Below are positions 24,951 to 37,163 of a DNA stretch of 64,000 bases, piece by piece. The position numbers were made by a program, and so were the translations under genes. The stretch is from Octopus bimaculoides (Eukaryota): NCBI RefSeq assembly GCF_001194135.2, contig NC_068984.1:104684257-104748256 (forward strand), written 5' to 3'. The notes under the pieces were generated by a model. That model made no database searches. It had not been told where the DNA came from and saw only the letters and a program-made list of their open reading frames with translations. Positions within the stretch are counted from its first letter, which is position 1. Each line of letters begins with the position of its first letter.

Positions 24951-26754
24951 CATAATTACATTAATATTGTATTCATGTTTGCAATGTTTTTATTTGTTGT
25001 TTTTCTCTGAGTGTATTTTTTTGTTTTTATTTTAAAGTAGATATACATTTACCCCATAGATATACATTTATCAAACTAGAATTACCAATAATGAATTTAC
25101 TGAATTAGTTGCTAATCTTCTTTGCCCATGCCTACCTAACTCTCTTATTTCTCCTTCCTTATCACTCCTACGATCTCTCACCTCCTAGTCACCATGCTAA
25201 ATATTTTGCCCTAACATTCTTTCCCAGAAGTGATAATCTCTGGAATTAGATTTTTGCTAGTTTTTTACCTTTGAGAAATCAGCCATCAAAGGATCAAATA
25301 AAACATCAGCCAAATGAGTCTCACGAGTCTTGGGCAGCCTACAAAGTTAACAGGCACTGCCTTTTGTCATTAAACTTGTCCAAGAAGTCCGATGTCAAGA
25401 TATTATTTCATTGAAAAATTTTATATCAGAGAGTAAGATCAGAGTAAAAAAGTGAAAGAGCAAGTGGATATTTAAAACAAATTAGAACAACCACAACAAA
25501 TATGATTGAAATATACTGTGGCAAGCATTAGCTGTTTATGTAAAGTCTGGAACGGATCTAGAATGTTCCAAGTTTGCTCAGCTTTGTTTCCAGTTTAAGC
25601 CAGATAACAAAAGCAATTTAAATTAAATTGTCATACTTCAAAAGTTCTACAAGTTCATAAGTCTAATGCAGCAATTTGCAATAAATAGTTGAATTAAAAT
25701 CAAATACGGCAAACTCTTTTACATGTGGGATATAAGAAACCATTAAACATCATTAAATCTGACAAACCCAGAGAAAATATATTACGTAGAAGCTATTTGA
25801 AGTAGCATAAATACTAGAAGAATTATCATGTTTCAGATGCAACTCATGGATCACTAAGATTCTATAATAACTGCTTTCAAAATTCTATGGCTCTCATGAG
25901 ACACTTTCGACAACTCAATAATCTTCATAGTTAATTATAAGTGAAATGAAAAAGACAAACATCAACAAGAGATATACCTTTGTGGTCCTTGAAGGTTAAC
26001 TACATGAAGTATTTTGTTGAACTGTCTTAAAGCAAACGAAATATACAATTAGCTAATGGGAGACACAAGTAGACATGCATGTTTACCTTCTACCAATCAC
26101 GAATGCAAACAATAGGCACATTAAAAGAGTAATATCATTTTCAGAGTCAAACTCTAATTTTGTAACAAATCCAATGTTATATAGAATCATTACACCCATC
26201 AATATCCATGGTCTATGTGGAGCAGGCAATCTCTGAAGGGTTTTGTAAGGAAGGTTGAGTTGTAAACAAATCTTTTCACTAAGGTTACCTAAATTATGTA
26301 TCTTAAATACATAAACTTTGGTTGGTTGGCTGACAGGATAATTATTGCACTGAATAAAATTTACTCTTCTTGTTTAAAAATTGGATGTTTTCTAATGTTA
26401 TTAAAGTCCTCCCCACTCTGGAAAGAGTCATAGCAATGGTTTGAGGAGGTGACGACACATTTATGTGCTAGTCTTGTCCAACAACATGGAGGTTTAACAA
26501 ACAGAGATTGATAAATTATGTGTCCAATCACTGAAACTAGCATAAAAAGAATATTAAGAAGCCCATAACTTCTTTCATAAGAGCAACATCCTGATGATAA
26601 ATATAAGGATCAAATTAACCATTCTTACTACAAGAATAAAATAAAAATGTTACAAGATATGATATAAATACTTTGTTAGCAAAATCTTTTGGAAATGTCA
26701 GAATCTCATTGTCAATACATAATTTGTAGTTTTACTTCAAAAATTATTCATAAA

Positions 26755-28270
26755 ATTTTATATCCTTTTATACATTGGATATACAGATTTCATGAAGTGG
26801 TGATGGACATAACTGCCTTCACACCATGTACTTCAAATTACTCTACTAAACACGATACTCCAATAAGTACAAACTGTCAACAATCTCAATGACTTCTTAC
26901 AACTTCCATGAACTCTGAATGACTCCTATGACTTCTCTTGTCTCAACCAATACACTATTCTTTATAAGAGTTTAGCTAGTCCACTATTTTGTGTTCCCAC
27001 TTTTCGCCTCTTATATATCATTTTGCCTATTTGTTTTGATAATATTCCCATCTTCCCAACCTTCTCTTCCATTTTTATATATTTTGAAAAACACCTTTTC
27101 ACTGATATTAAAATGCTTTACTGTATTTTTAGTGTTTTTCCTATTAGTTTTTCTTACTGGTAACAGCTTATCAAAAATTGGCTTTCTTTTTCAAGCAAAC
27201 ATTAGTTCCACAGGTACTTGCCTGAACAAGTATTAGGGTTTGGTGTTATCCTATAAACCCTCAAGAATTGTGTCAATGCTGCATCATCGACTAGCTCGTT
27301 TTTTGATTTCTTTCATGTTCTTTTAAATGTATCCACAAACCTTTCCACTTACATGTTTGATCTTGGGTGATATGGCGGAACAGTGATGTGTTCAATTGAG
27401 TACATTTTGCAAAAGATTTTTAAACTCATACACCCATAAACTGCATATCATCATCAGACCCGTAGAGGTTGGTTTCCTACATCTACATATTTCTGGGCAC
27501 TTAGTATAACTATCTACTACAATCAGGTAATATGTGCCATTTACTCGTCTAGCAAAATGTATATGAAGTTTGGTCCATGGACTGTCAGTTTTAGGCCACA
27601 GTTGGAATTTTGCTGGTGGTGAAAGGGCACAACATCTGCAGGATTTCACTGACTCTTCAATGTCACAGTCCACTGTAGGCCAATATACATAGCTTCTCAT
27701 TAGTAATTTCATTCTCAAATTCCCTGGGTGACCAATATGAAATTCCTTTAATAAATGCTTTTGTAGGGCAGCTGGCACAATGACTCTTTGTGCATACATT
27801 CTCACACAGTGAGAAATGATTTACATTTGTGTTGCACATATTTTTGTTTTCTTTAGCCTTTAGTGTTTCTTTCATTTTTATAATGAATTTATCATTCTCT
27901 GATTTTGATTTTATGTCTGGTAACATAACTGACAGTTCACAAATAATGTTACACAAAACATTTTTAATTTCATTTTCCTCTTGCAAAGCAGCAATCACAG
28001 TGTCTTTGAATGGTTCCATAGTTTTTGAAATCGATCTTGATAATCAATCAGCATGGCCTAATTTCTTAGATGGTATATACTCCATCTTGAAATCGTAGTT
28101 TAATAGTATTGTAGCCCAGGGTTGTAACCTATTAGCAGTATAGGTAGAAATTCCTTTTTTTCGACCCAAATATCGATAATAATGGTTGGTCATCAGTCTG
28201 TAGCTGAAAACTTGGACCATGCAAAAATCTGAAATTTTTCACAGTAAAACAATGTCTCAATAATTTATTC
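26755..28270 (-). mobile_element. Ty3/Gypsy relic 2: RNase H end, integrase and truncated 3' LTR
   Basis: ANRLQPWATILLNYDFKMEY, HIGHPGNLRMKLLMRSYVYWP, PWTKLHIHFA, PPYHPRSN and YRITPN motifs. LTR-like end tatatccaa…aaggatata resembles 44512-44746. Confidence 0.85.
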
Positions 28271-28586
28271 ATCTAACCCATGCTAGCATTAAAAAATAGA
28301 CATAAGATGAAAGAATGAAGAAACAAAGTAACAAACTTCCATTACTTTCTGTTGAGATGATATGCTAATGTTGAGTAAATGTTCTGTTGGCTAGAGCTGA
28401 GACCTGTTAGAAACATCAAAGCATAAACCTTTTATTAAGTTTCTCAAATGAAATGATGGAAGAAGAAGACAAAAAAAAAATTATATTGCAGACGTAGCCA
28501 ATCCCTTTCAGCTGCTATTAATAAAGATTTTGATTAAATCTACTTATGAAGATTGAGATTAAATGAATTTAGTTATTGATAGAAAT

Positions 28587-28800
28587 ATCATCATCATCAC
28601 CCATGCTGGCTTGGATGGGCTGGTTTGGCAGTATCCAATGTGTCAAAGGACTGTGTTATGCTCCAATGTCTGCTTTGGCATGATTTCTATGGTTGGATGC
28701 CCTTCATAATGCCAACCATTTTACAGAGTGTACTGGATGTTTTTTTTAGTGGATGGGCACCCGCACCAGTAGTGTCACCATGTAACTCACAAGACTATAG
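28587..28800 (-). mobile_element. RTE-type 3' tail
   Basis: (ATC)n plus catgctggcttggatgg…ggttggatgcccttcataatgccaacc. Confidence 0.75.
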
Positions 28801-30430
28801 AGAAGGAATATAGTAAAGAAGGTGAATTTATGCTAGTGCTAAGAGGTCAAAGTATGACAGAGGGGACATGAACAAGTTTGATGATGTATAGGAGATACAC
28901 ATTATATAAGGGTGAATGAGTGTAATTAAGGTGGATCTAGAAACAGAGATAAAGAGGGTGGTGAGGAAGAATGGTAAACTGAAGAAAGTGGGAAATTTAT
29001 TGGCAAGTAATAGTTTTAAAAGATTTCTCAGACATAAAACTAATATGTGTGTGCATGCACACATGCATGTGTATGAATATATCTTAATATGTATATGTAT
29101 AAATAAAAGTTAGTATATTCAATAGTGTCAGATCAGTTGAAATTAAAGCACTTTTGGGTGTTCCGTTGATTTATGAATACCAAGTTAGCATTTTTCTCTT
29201 TTTGCACTCACTGACAGCTTGCTCAGTCAAAATATTGTTGATGTTGTTAGTGCTGGTGAAAGATTTCATGATTACAGTTAGTGTTCAGACCACCCTGAGA
29301 GATCAATTTACAGTTGGTGTGGTCAATTAGATATTTACTTAAACTGTTTAAGGAATAATATGATAAAGAGCTATAAAAAAAATATTTAGAAATTTAGTTC
29401 TTATTTTATATCTGATATTATCAAAAAGTCTTACGAATTTCTATGTCATGATGAAGTTGATTTAAAAACAGTGATTTTCACTCTCTTTTAGATAAATCAA
29501 GTTATAACTAAAATATGGAGTATTTGAAGAAGTAAATATGTATAGGTTTCCCAATTTAGAAATGTTACTACTCCGATAGACTAATATCAGCTGCTGTTAT
29601 AAAATGCAAGAAAATATGTTTGTTTAAATGGTTAAAAATAAGTTAGGAGCAGCCATATGTAAACATCTAAGAGGCTACTGTATACTTCAGATTGGAATAC
29701 CTTTCAATCAGGTGAATGTTAGTCAAACTAGAACAATATTAGTTTCAGTACAAAGTGAAGATTATCACTAACTCAGAACTATGAGAAGACTGACAGCAAT
29801 AGGGTGTTATATTCCTTAATAACAATAATGATGGCTAGAAGTGTATCAGATATGCGGTCTCTTCCCTAGTAATAACAATATAATCTGTCATGAGCAGATT
29901 TCTCGCTCCTAAAAATAACATTAAAATTGAAGGAGAATTTTTTCTCCCTCCCTCTTTGCTATCTTCCCCTCACCATTTGACCAGTCTGTGAATGTCTGCT
30001 GTGTTTTATGCTATATATTACAGAAGTATAGCTGAGAAGTAGGAAGTCTGCATTATCTTTTATCTGTTCATAAATATTACAAAATACCCGGAAATAAAAA
30101 TAAACAGCATGATATCAATATAACAATATTATTTCCTTCATCTTTCTCAGCTATATGTCATTAATAAAAGGTTGATATAATATTATAGTAAACTAGTCCT
30201 ACTGTAATTGTTTATCCTGATCTGAGTTTAGTCCAGAAAGAAGATAAGGTTGAAAGTATATTCAAAGATCCATTTCCCATGGGTTCACAGTAGCAGACAA
30301 AATGTTTGCACATGTATTCCTTATCATCTGCTGCCCAGAAGTAGAAATCAACCAGCTGACATCCGCTGGCTTTCATGATTGCCATTGAGATCCAACAAAT
30401 TATTGGCTTTTTTTTTTCTTTCACTTTTTC

Positions 30431-30770
30431 AAATGATACCTTTTACTCCCAAATGATACCTTTTACTCCCAAATGATACATTTACAGCATCCTGTTTCAA
30501 GTCTGTTCTTATTAATTGAATACCATGCTTCCAAAATCTATCTTATCATATACCATGCTTCCAAGATCTCTCTATTATAAAAATCTATCTATTATATAAA
30601 TCTTCTTCTTCTTCTTCTTCTTCTCGTACAGATCTATCTGTTATATAAATCTATCTGTTATTATATACCATACTTCCAAAATCTGTTATATAAATCTATC
30701 TGTAATATAAACCTGTTATATATATTTGTCTGTTATTATATACCATGTTTCCAAAATTTATCTGTTCTCT
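30431..30770. repeat. 20-bp tandem repeat followed by a patchwork minisatellite
   Basis: (aaatgataccttttactccc)x2.5 at 30431-30490; recurring ataccatgcttccaaaatct and gttatataaatctatct units to about 30770. Confidence 0.8.
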
Positions 30771-32079
30771 TTGCTTACCCTAATGATGGTAATGTATTTT
30801 AGGAACTAGGGTTATGCTAAGGTCTATGAGGATGGAGGGATGGGAGTTAGGCTCTATAAGCTCTCATTAATTGAAAAGAAGGAGAACACTGTTCTCCTCT
30901 ACACACCTGCTCCATTTCCATCACTGGCTTACCCCCTACTTTAAGCATCTGAAACTCAAACTGTTTGAAGGTAAATAAGATTTATCTAAATTAGCCATTT
31001 TAAAATAGAAAATACTCATTTTATCTTTAGCCTTCAAAAGTAAAAATGAAAACAAAAGTTTTGTCGTATTTTATATATTTGAACACTAATTATTGATCTA
31101 TTAAAATTTTAATTTTCATGTTGATATATTTTTTTCATAAACACTAAGTTTTATTAAATTATCTTGATTTAATGTTTTCTCTGTTTTATCTCAGTTAAGT
31201 TTTGCATCTTGGAGAGTATAAAGATTTTTTAAAAATTATTAATATCCATCAAAACTTTAAAAAATCAAAAACAATAACAAAAAAAATTTAACAGATTGTT
31301 GTCTGTGACATTTTAAAGTTCTTTCCAATATTAATTTCATTAGAAATTCCGTTTAACCATTTAATTACCATTTTCAAACTTATTATTAGAGAAATATGGC
31401 AAGGCAAGTCAAAAGAATGTCAATTAATCAGCCAAAGGGTTGACATATTTATCACTGGCCCAAATCCCTTCCATTCAATAACCCAGTGTCTGGTTTTCTT
31501 CTTGGTTCCTTTGTCTCCATGTGAAGCATAGCACACAATTTCTCCATGGTACCTAGAATATATACACCATGGAGAAAGAGCTGCTATTTGTATCTCTGGC
31601 CTCTCCATGGTATCTATAGTACACAAACCATGGAAAAGTTCAGTTATAAACAATAGTCAGAATAGTCAGTGCCACTGACAAATGTTTCATTAGCTTGTGA
31701 TCTTAAACTCAAATCCAGAGGCCTTTAGTGGGGAATGGGATATCAGTCCACTATATAATCCCCAAGAAATCTTTTAAGAAACATTACAAATGTGTTCTTT
31801 CTTCTGTCAGACATTGGTAAAAATGTTCCTGTCATATATGTGCATTGATTCAATTGGTTCTGACTCTGCCCACCACTCCAAATTTGTGATCTTGTGTCAA
31901 TGTAACAAAATTCTATTGTTTTAGAAGATTTTCAAGTAGTAGGAAATGGTGAAGATAATAAAGAAATGGACTAAATCCTCTACCATATCAAGTTTGTTAT
32001 ATTAGTGTTCTGAGATGACTTTGTAGGTGTTTTGGTTTAGCTATACAATCAATTTAATCTGACTTAAACTTAGATCCTG

Positions 32080-32700
32080 CAAAGTAGTAAGGTACATAAG
32101 ACAACAAGCTTCCTCCAGTATGGTTGATTTAGCATAGTTTATTGTGTCCCTGTCCAGCAAGGACCTGTGCATTTGAAACCATCCTGGAATTCTGATGCCT
32201 AGTCGTTCTTGGACTGGACCTTTTTCCATTTTATTTCTTTCAGCATCAATGTCACTGCAGCCTTTGCATGCCAAGTGGCTAGCAGGTGGTACAGAATGTG
32301 ATCTTCCATGTGAATCTGACATAATACCATGATGTTTTTCAATGGCTGTGATTTGCTTCACAGAAGGAGTCTGTCACTTATAATTCTATTTTTTCAGATG
32401 GCATTCTTGGTGGAATATATCCAGCTTCCTGTCAATTTTTGCTGACATTTTCCATATTTCACTGCCAATCAGAACCATTGGCGCACTGTTACCCAGATTT
32501 AGCACAACACTTAATGTATTCCGCAGTTCATATTTTTTTATTGTTTCTGTCATTATTGATCACACTACCAGGTAGGAGAAAATGTTCACATTTTTCCACA
32601 ATCTATTGTCCAATAAAGATTGAAGGCTGGGTAGACGCATTAATGTTCATCTCCCAGGTGTTTTCAGTTAATTCCTGCTTGTTTTTTGATGTTGGTAGTT
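32080..32700 (-). mobile_element. Heavily decayed RTE-like LINE 3' fragment
   Basis: Minus-strand PMVLIGSEIWKMSAKIDRKLDIFHQECH resembles VLLYGSETW…KLDVFHQxCL. Confidence 0.55.
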
Positions 32701-32914
32701 AGTTCTTTTAGCCTAATTCTAGTTTCTGCTAACTGTACAATGTTATTAGCAAAGGCCAGAGACCAATAAAATATATAGTAGCAACATAGACACTGGAGTC
32801 ATAATCATAGAGTAGTAAAAAACAAAATACTGGAAACAGTCTGTCTTCAATGTAAAGTATAACAGTACATCCTCAACACCATCACCCTTTCCTCCCCTCC
32901 AAACTCCACTTCTT

Positions 32915-33400
32915 CATCTTTTAACATCCACCTTTCATGCTGTTATGAGTTGGATGGTTTGACAGGATCTGACAGATCCAAGGACTGTATCGTGCTCCAA
33001 TGTCTGCTTTGACAGACATTTGGTTTATGTGGCTGGATGTCTTTCCTAACACCAATCACTTTACAGCATGTATTGGGTGTCTTTTTTTTATGGCACCGGC
33101 ACAACTGAAGTCTTCGTGCAGCTCACAAGTCTAGGATCCCCTTTAACTGAGTGGGGCTATAGTAGAGAGTGAGCCAGCTCTTTGATAGGAAACGAGGAGT
33201 TTAATGTATGAGAGAAGGGGCCAGCACAGAACAGGTTTCTTGCTGTTACTTATAGACAAGTGGGTGGGAGTAACCAAGGTAAAACTGGAAAGAGAAATAA
33301 AATAGTGGTGGTGAGGTGCCAGGGAAGGCCCTGAAGATACAAGACTGATGAGGTGTGAGTGAGGAGAGGGATAGCATAAATAAATAGAATTATGAAAGTC
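32915..33400 (-). mobile_element. RTE-type 3' tail/UTR fragment
   Basis: catccacctttcatgc…ggctggatgtctttcctaacaccaatcactttacag shared with other copies. Confidence 0.65.
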
Positions 33401-33891
33401 CCTCAGAGATGATACAAAAGATGACTTAATGACACAAAATGTGATTGTTAACATAAGGGAAAAGCCAAACTTGAATGCTATAGTATTCCAGCACCTGACA
33501 TCTAGTGTGTTAATGACATGCTCCCAAAATAATATTCAGCTGTAAATCATGAATATTTTAAAGAATATATCAAACAGAATTGTTTTAAATAATAACATTT
33601 GATTTTTTTCTATTAAAATTTCATGTTTTTATCAAATATTATTTTTAAAAAATGAAGGAAAAAGGTATTTCATATTTTTTCATCATTATAAAAGACAATC
33701 AATGTTAGTCAAAGGATTTAGTCATATCTTTGAAAAGCTTCCTAAGCTCTGCTAATGGAGATGATGGAAGTTAAAAGTAGCAAGATCATAAAGTTCAAAT
33801 TTTCAAGAAAATCAATAGAACCAATTAAGAAATATTACAACAAAAATAATTTTTTACTAAGTGAGAATAAAAACAGAACCAGATACTGTTT

Positions 33892-33942
<51 letters not shown>

Positions 33943-33966
33943 CACCACTACCACTACTGCTGCTGC

Positions 33967-34001
<35 letters not shown>

Positions 34002-34007
34002 ATGCCA

Positions 34008-34215
34008 GCTGGCTGGCTGAATCATTAGAGCATCATAAAAAAATTATTTGCAGTATTTCTTCTATGTCCTGAGTTCAAATACAGTTGAAGTCAACTTTGC
34101 TTTTCATCCTTTTGTGGTTGATAAAACAAAGTGCCAGTCAAGTACAGGGGCTGATGTAAATGACTAACCCACTCCTCCTAAAACTGCTGGCCTTGTGCCA
34201 AAATTTGAAATCCTC
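34008..34215 (+). mobile_element. SINE family A copy (a partial second copy lies at about 34262-34350)
   Basis: gagttcaaatacagttgaagtcaactttgcttttcatccttttgtggttgataaa core. Confidence 0.75.
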
Positions 34216-34777
34216 CTCCTTCTTTTTCTCATTATTATTATTATTATTATTATCATCATCATTATTAATGGTGTCAAGCTGGTGGAATCATTAAAGGATG
34301 CTTTGTAGTATTTCTTCTGACTCTACATTCTGAGTTCAACTTTGCTTGCTATCCGTCTCTATGTGAAAGATGTATTGCTTGTAAAATTTAAATTAAGACA
34401 TTATATCAAACCTAAAAAAAGAATACCCTAAAGACACTGGTGCCTTTCAGTGTGCCAAATGCCCAAGCAAAAATACTTACTAGTGTATTTGGTTGCATTG
34501 AAACACATTTTGAAAACTGGTTGACATGGTCCTAGAGTATTCAAGTTAACCTAACCATTAATCTTTCAGGTTTTATTTCTTGTTTTAATTGTTGTATATA
34601 TTATATTGTACATTTAAAATCAATTTCTGTGCAAACATATGTGCATGTATGCATACATATGTGTGTATGCACATGTGTACATGTATGTGTCTGTGTGTGT
34701 GTGTGTATATATATCCTGAACATGAATATTAATATTAATAATATGAATATAATGAATTCATAATATATATGTATGTG

Positions 34778-34859
<82 letters not shown>

Positions 34860-34905
34860 CCAATATATATACATACATTATTAAGTACCCATTTCATCAA
34901 ACTGA

Positions 34906-34951
<46 letters not shown>

Positions 34952-35099
34952 ATAAACACAAAGCAATGGAGATTTATTCATGATTTAATCAACTATATAC
35001 ATTACAAGGAAAATGGCTTACCTCAAAATACTGCAACACATCAGATATGTACATTAAATCGATCCCATATTTGATCAATTAAAGTGTTACAGAGAGAGA

Positions 35100-35840
35100 G
35101 AGAGTGATGAATTCAACACCATCTTATTCTTATCAAAACTATACCATTAAAGTGTTGCTTATATTATTGTACCATTAAAGGGAGTGAGTAGTAGAATTTG
35201 CTCAGCTCATAACCTAAACTTATATGTGACCATTTCCTAAATCAATGGGATAAGGAAGTGTTCTTTATAGGCTTACTTAGGATTTGTACTTATCAGGCCA
35301 TGACAGAATTGTAATTTTGATTTTTTAACTCTTATAGTATATACTTCTTCTTACAATTAACATACTTATAATATACTAGATCCATCCAATAAACAACTAA
35401 TTTTAATTAGAGTCCTTAGACTCAGATGTAATTTAGTCTCTTTCATCCTGGATTTTATTTCATATTTAGTAAATTTTAAAATTGCCTTACCTCATCTTCC
35501 TTATCCAAATTTAGAATATAATTATTCCTAACATGTAGTCTTCTAACATGTAATGGAATATTCTCCTTAATGAATACCACCTTTCCAATTTTTTCCTTTA
35601 GACATCTCATTAATTCAGTTCATCTTCATCCACTCAATGTAGAATTACAGTTCTATCATGAATCCTAAATAGGTTTATAAAGAAAACTTTCCAACCACCA
35701 GATCAGGGAAATGGGCAAATATAAGTGTAGGAATGAACCAACTCAAATTTACAATTCATTTCCTTAAAATGTTCAGCAATATAGGCAGTGGTGATATAGC
35801 TTCAATAAGAATAGGATGGTGTTGAATTTCTCTCTCCCCC
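35100..35840. mobile_element. Old inverted-repeat element with ~210-bp diverged arms
   Basis: About 35100-35320 aligns with the reverse complement of 35637-35838 (roughly 70-75% by hand, one 13-bp indel). Confidence 0.7.
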
Positions 35841-36158
35841 ATAGCATTTTAATCAAGCAAATATGAGATTGATTAAATATGCATAATTGATGCATTGCAC
35901 CATTTTGAGGTATGGCATTCTATTTGAAACATACATAGCTGAATAAATCATGAATAAATTTCCATTCTTTTGTATTTTTCTACTATAGTCTGTGAGTATA
36001 TACTGTATCTATACTGAATTCATTCAGTGTTTAAACTTCTGATTTATAAATTGGATAATTGACAGGAAGATGTTTATAACCTATGAGTATTACTGTGGCA
36101 TTCACTGGACAATTTATTTAGCTGGGTTTGATCCCTTCAGAGTGGCTAATAAAGAAAA

Positions 36159-36210
<52 letters not shown>

Positions 36211-36211
<1 letters not shown>

Positions 36212-36900
36212 GTTTGACTTATGCTTTGTATTTAGACAAGTTGACTCCAAGTCTCACCCAGAGACCTCAAGAGACAACAAGTTAGAAGTTAAAGTTGGTG
36301 TTATGCCTCGGGTGCCGTATATTTGGTTTTGGCACAAAGTATTGTTCTAGAGAATGTTTAAGAAAACATAAGAAAATTTGTTTGTTTTAAAATTTGAGAT
36401 TACATAGACAGTATTTTATGTAGGATATGGGCAGTTCCAATGAGCACTATCCTTTGAATTTCTACCATTTTGGGGTTTCCTGGTATCTGAGCTAGGTAGG
36501 AATCAGCCCCTTTTGCTATCATTCTTAATGCACCAATGACAACAGGTATTGTTTTAGTCTTGAGGTTCTGCATTTTGCCAAATCCTATTTCAAGATCTTT
36601 ATATTTGCTCAGTTTTTGGTAGGTCTTGACAGATACACTTACGTCGATTGGGGAAAGTCATATCAACAAGGAGGCAGGCTTATTTGCACCTGTCTTTCTG
36701 TCAGTTCAAATGGTGAAGTTCCAGAGGAGTGAGATGTCATTTTCAAGCACTGGAAATGGTTTGTGTTCCCACCATTTTTTATCATGGGGCAGGTCCAAGT
36801 TTTTGCAAATTACCTAGTGAATATATTGTGCTGCTCTATCATGCCTGTTGAGATACTCTGTAGGTGCAAGAAGGCTGCACATGGAGACAACATGATCAAT
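36211..36900 (-). mobile_element. Dong/R4-clade non-LTR retrotransposon 3' fragment (restriction-like endonuclease) within (TAA)n
   Basis: TIDHVVSMC…EYLNRHDRAA, WEHKP…LWNF, KYKDLE, IPVVIGAL and GTAHIL motifs; (TTA)n tracts flank both sides (36160-36210, 36903-36948). Confidence 0.85.
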
Positions 36901-36911
36901 GGTTATTATTA

Positions 36912-36947
<36 letters not shown>

Positions 36948-36952
36948 GTTAA

Positions 36953-37163
36953 AAAGGAGGTGAACTGACACAATCGTTAGCATGCTGGGCAAAATGCTTA
37001 GCAGTATTTCACCCAACTTTGTGTTCTGAGTTCAAATTCCACTGAGGTTGACTTTGCCTTTTATCCTTTTGGGGTTGATAAATATCAGTCAAGTACTGGG
37101 GTCGATGTGATCAACTTACCCCCTCCCCACAAATTTCAGGCCTTGTGCCTATAGTAGAAAGGA
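36953..37163 (+). mobile_element. SINE family A copy
   Basis: Family core and caaggcc-type tail; flanked by (TTA)n. Confidence 0.8.

Noticed and set aside
26090-26290. Open minus-strand frame ending at a GT donor
   Set aside because: No ankyrin pattern; LQRLPAPHRPW looks more like a very decayed integrase, but is too weak to annotate.
29600-29670. CLHMAA ankyrin-like hexapeptide on the minus strand
   Set aside because: A stop follows within 8 codons and the phase does not match exon A.
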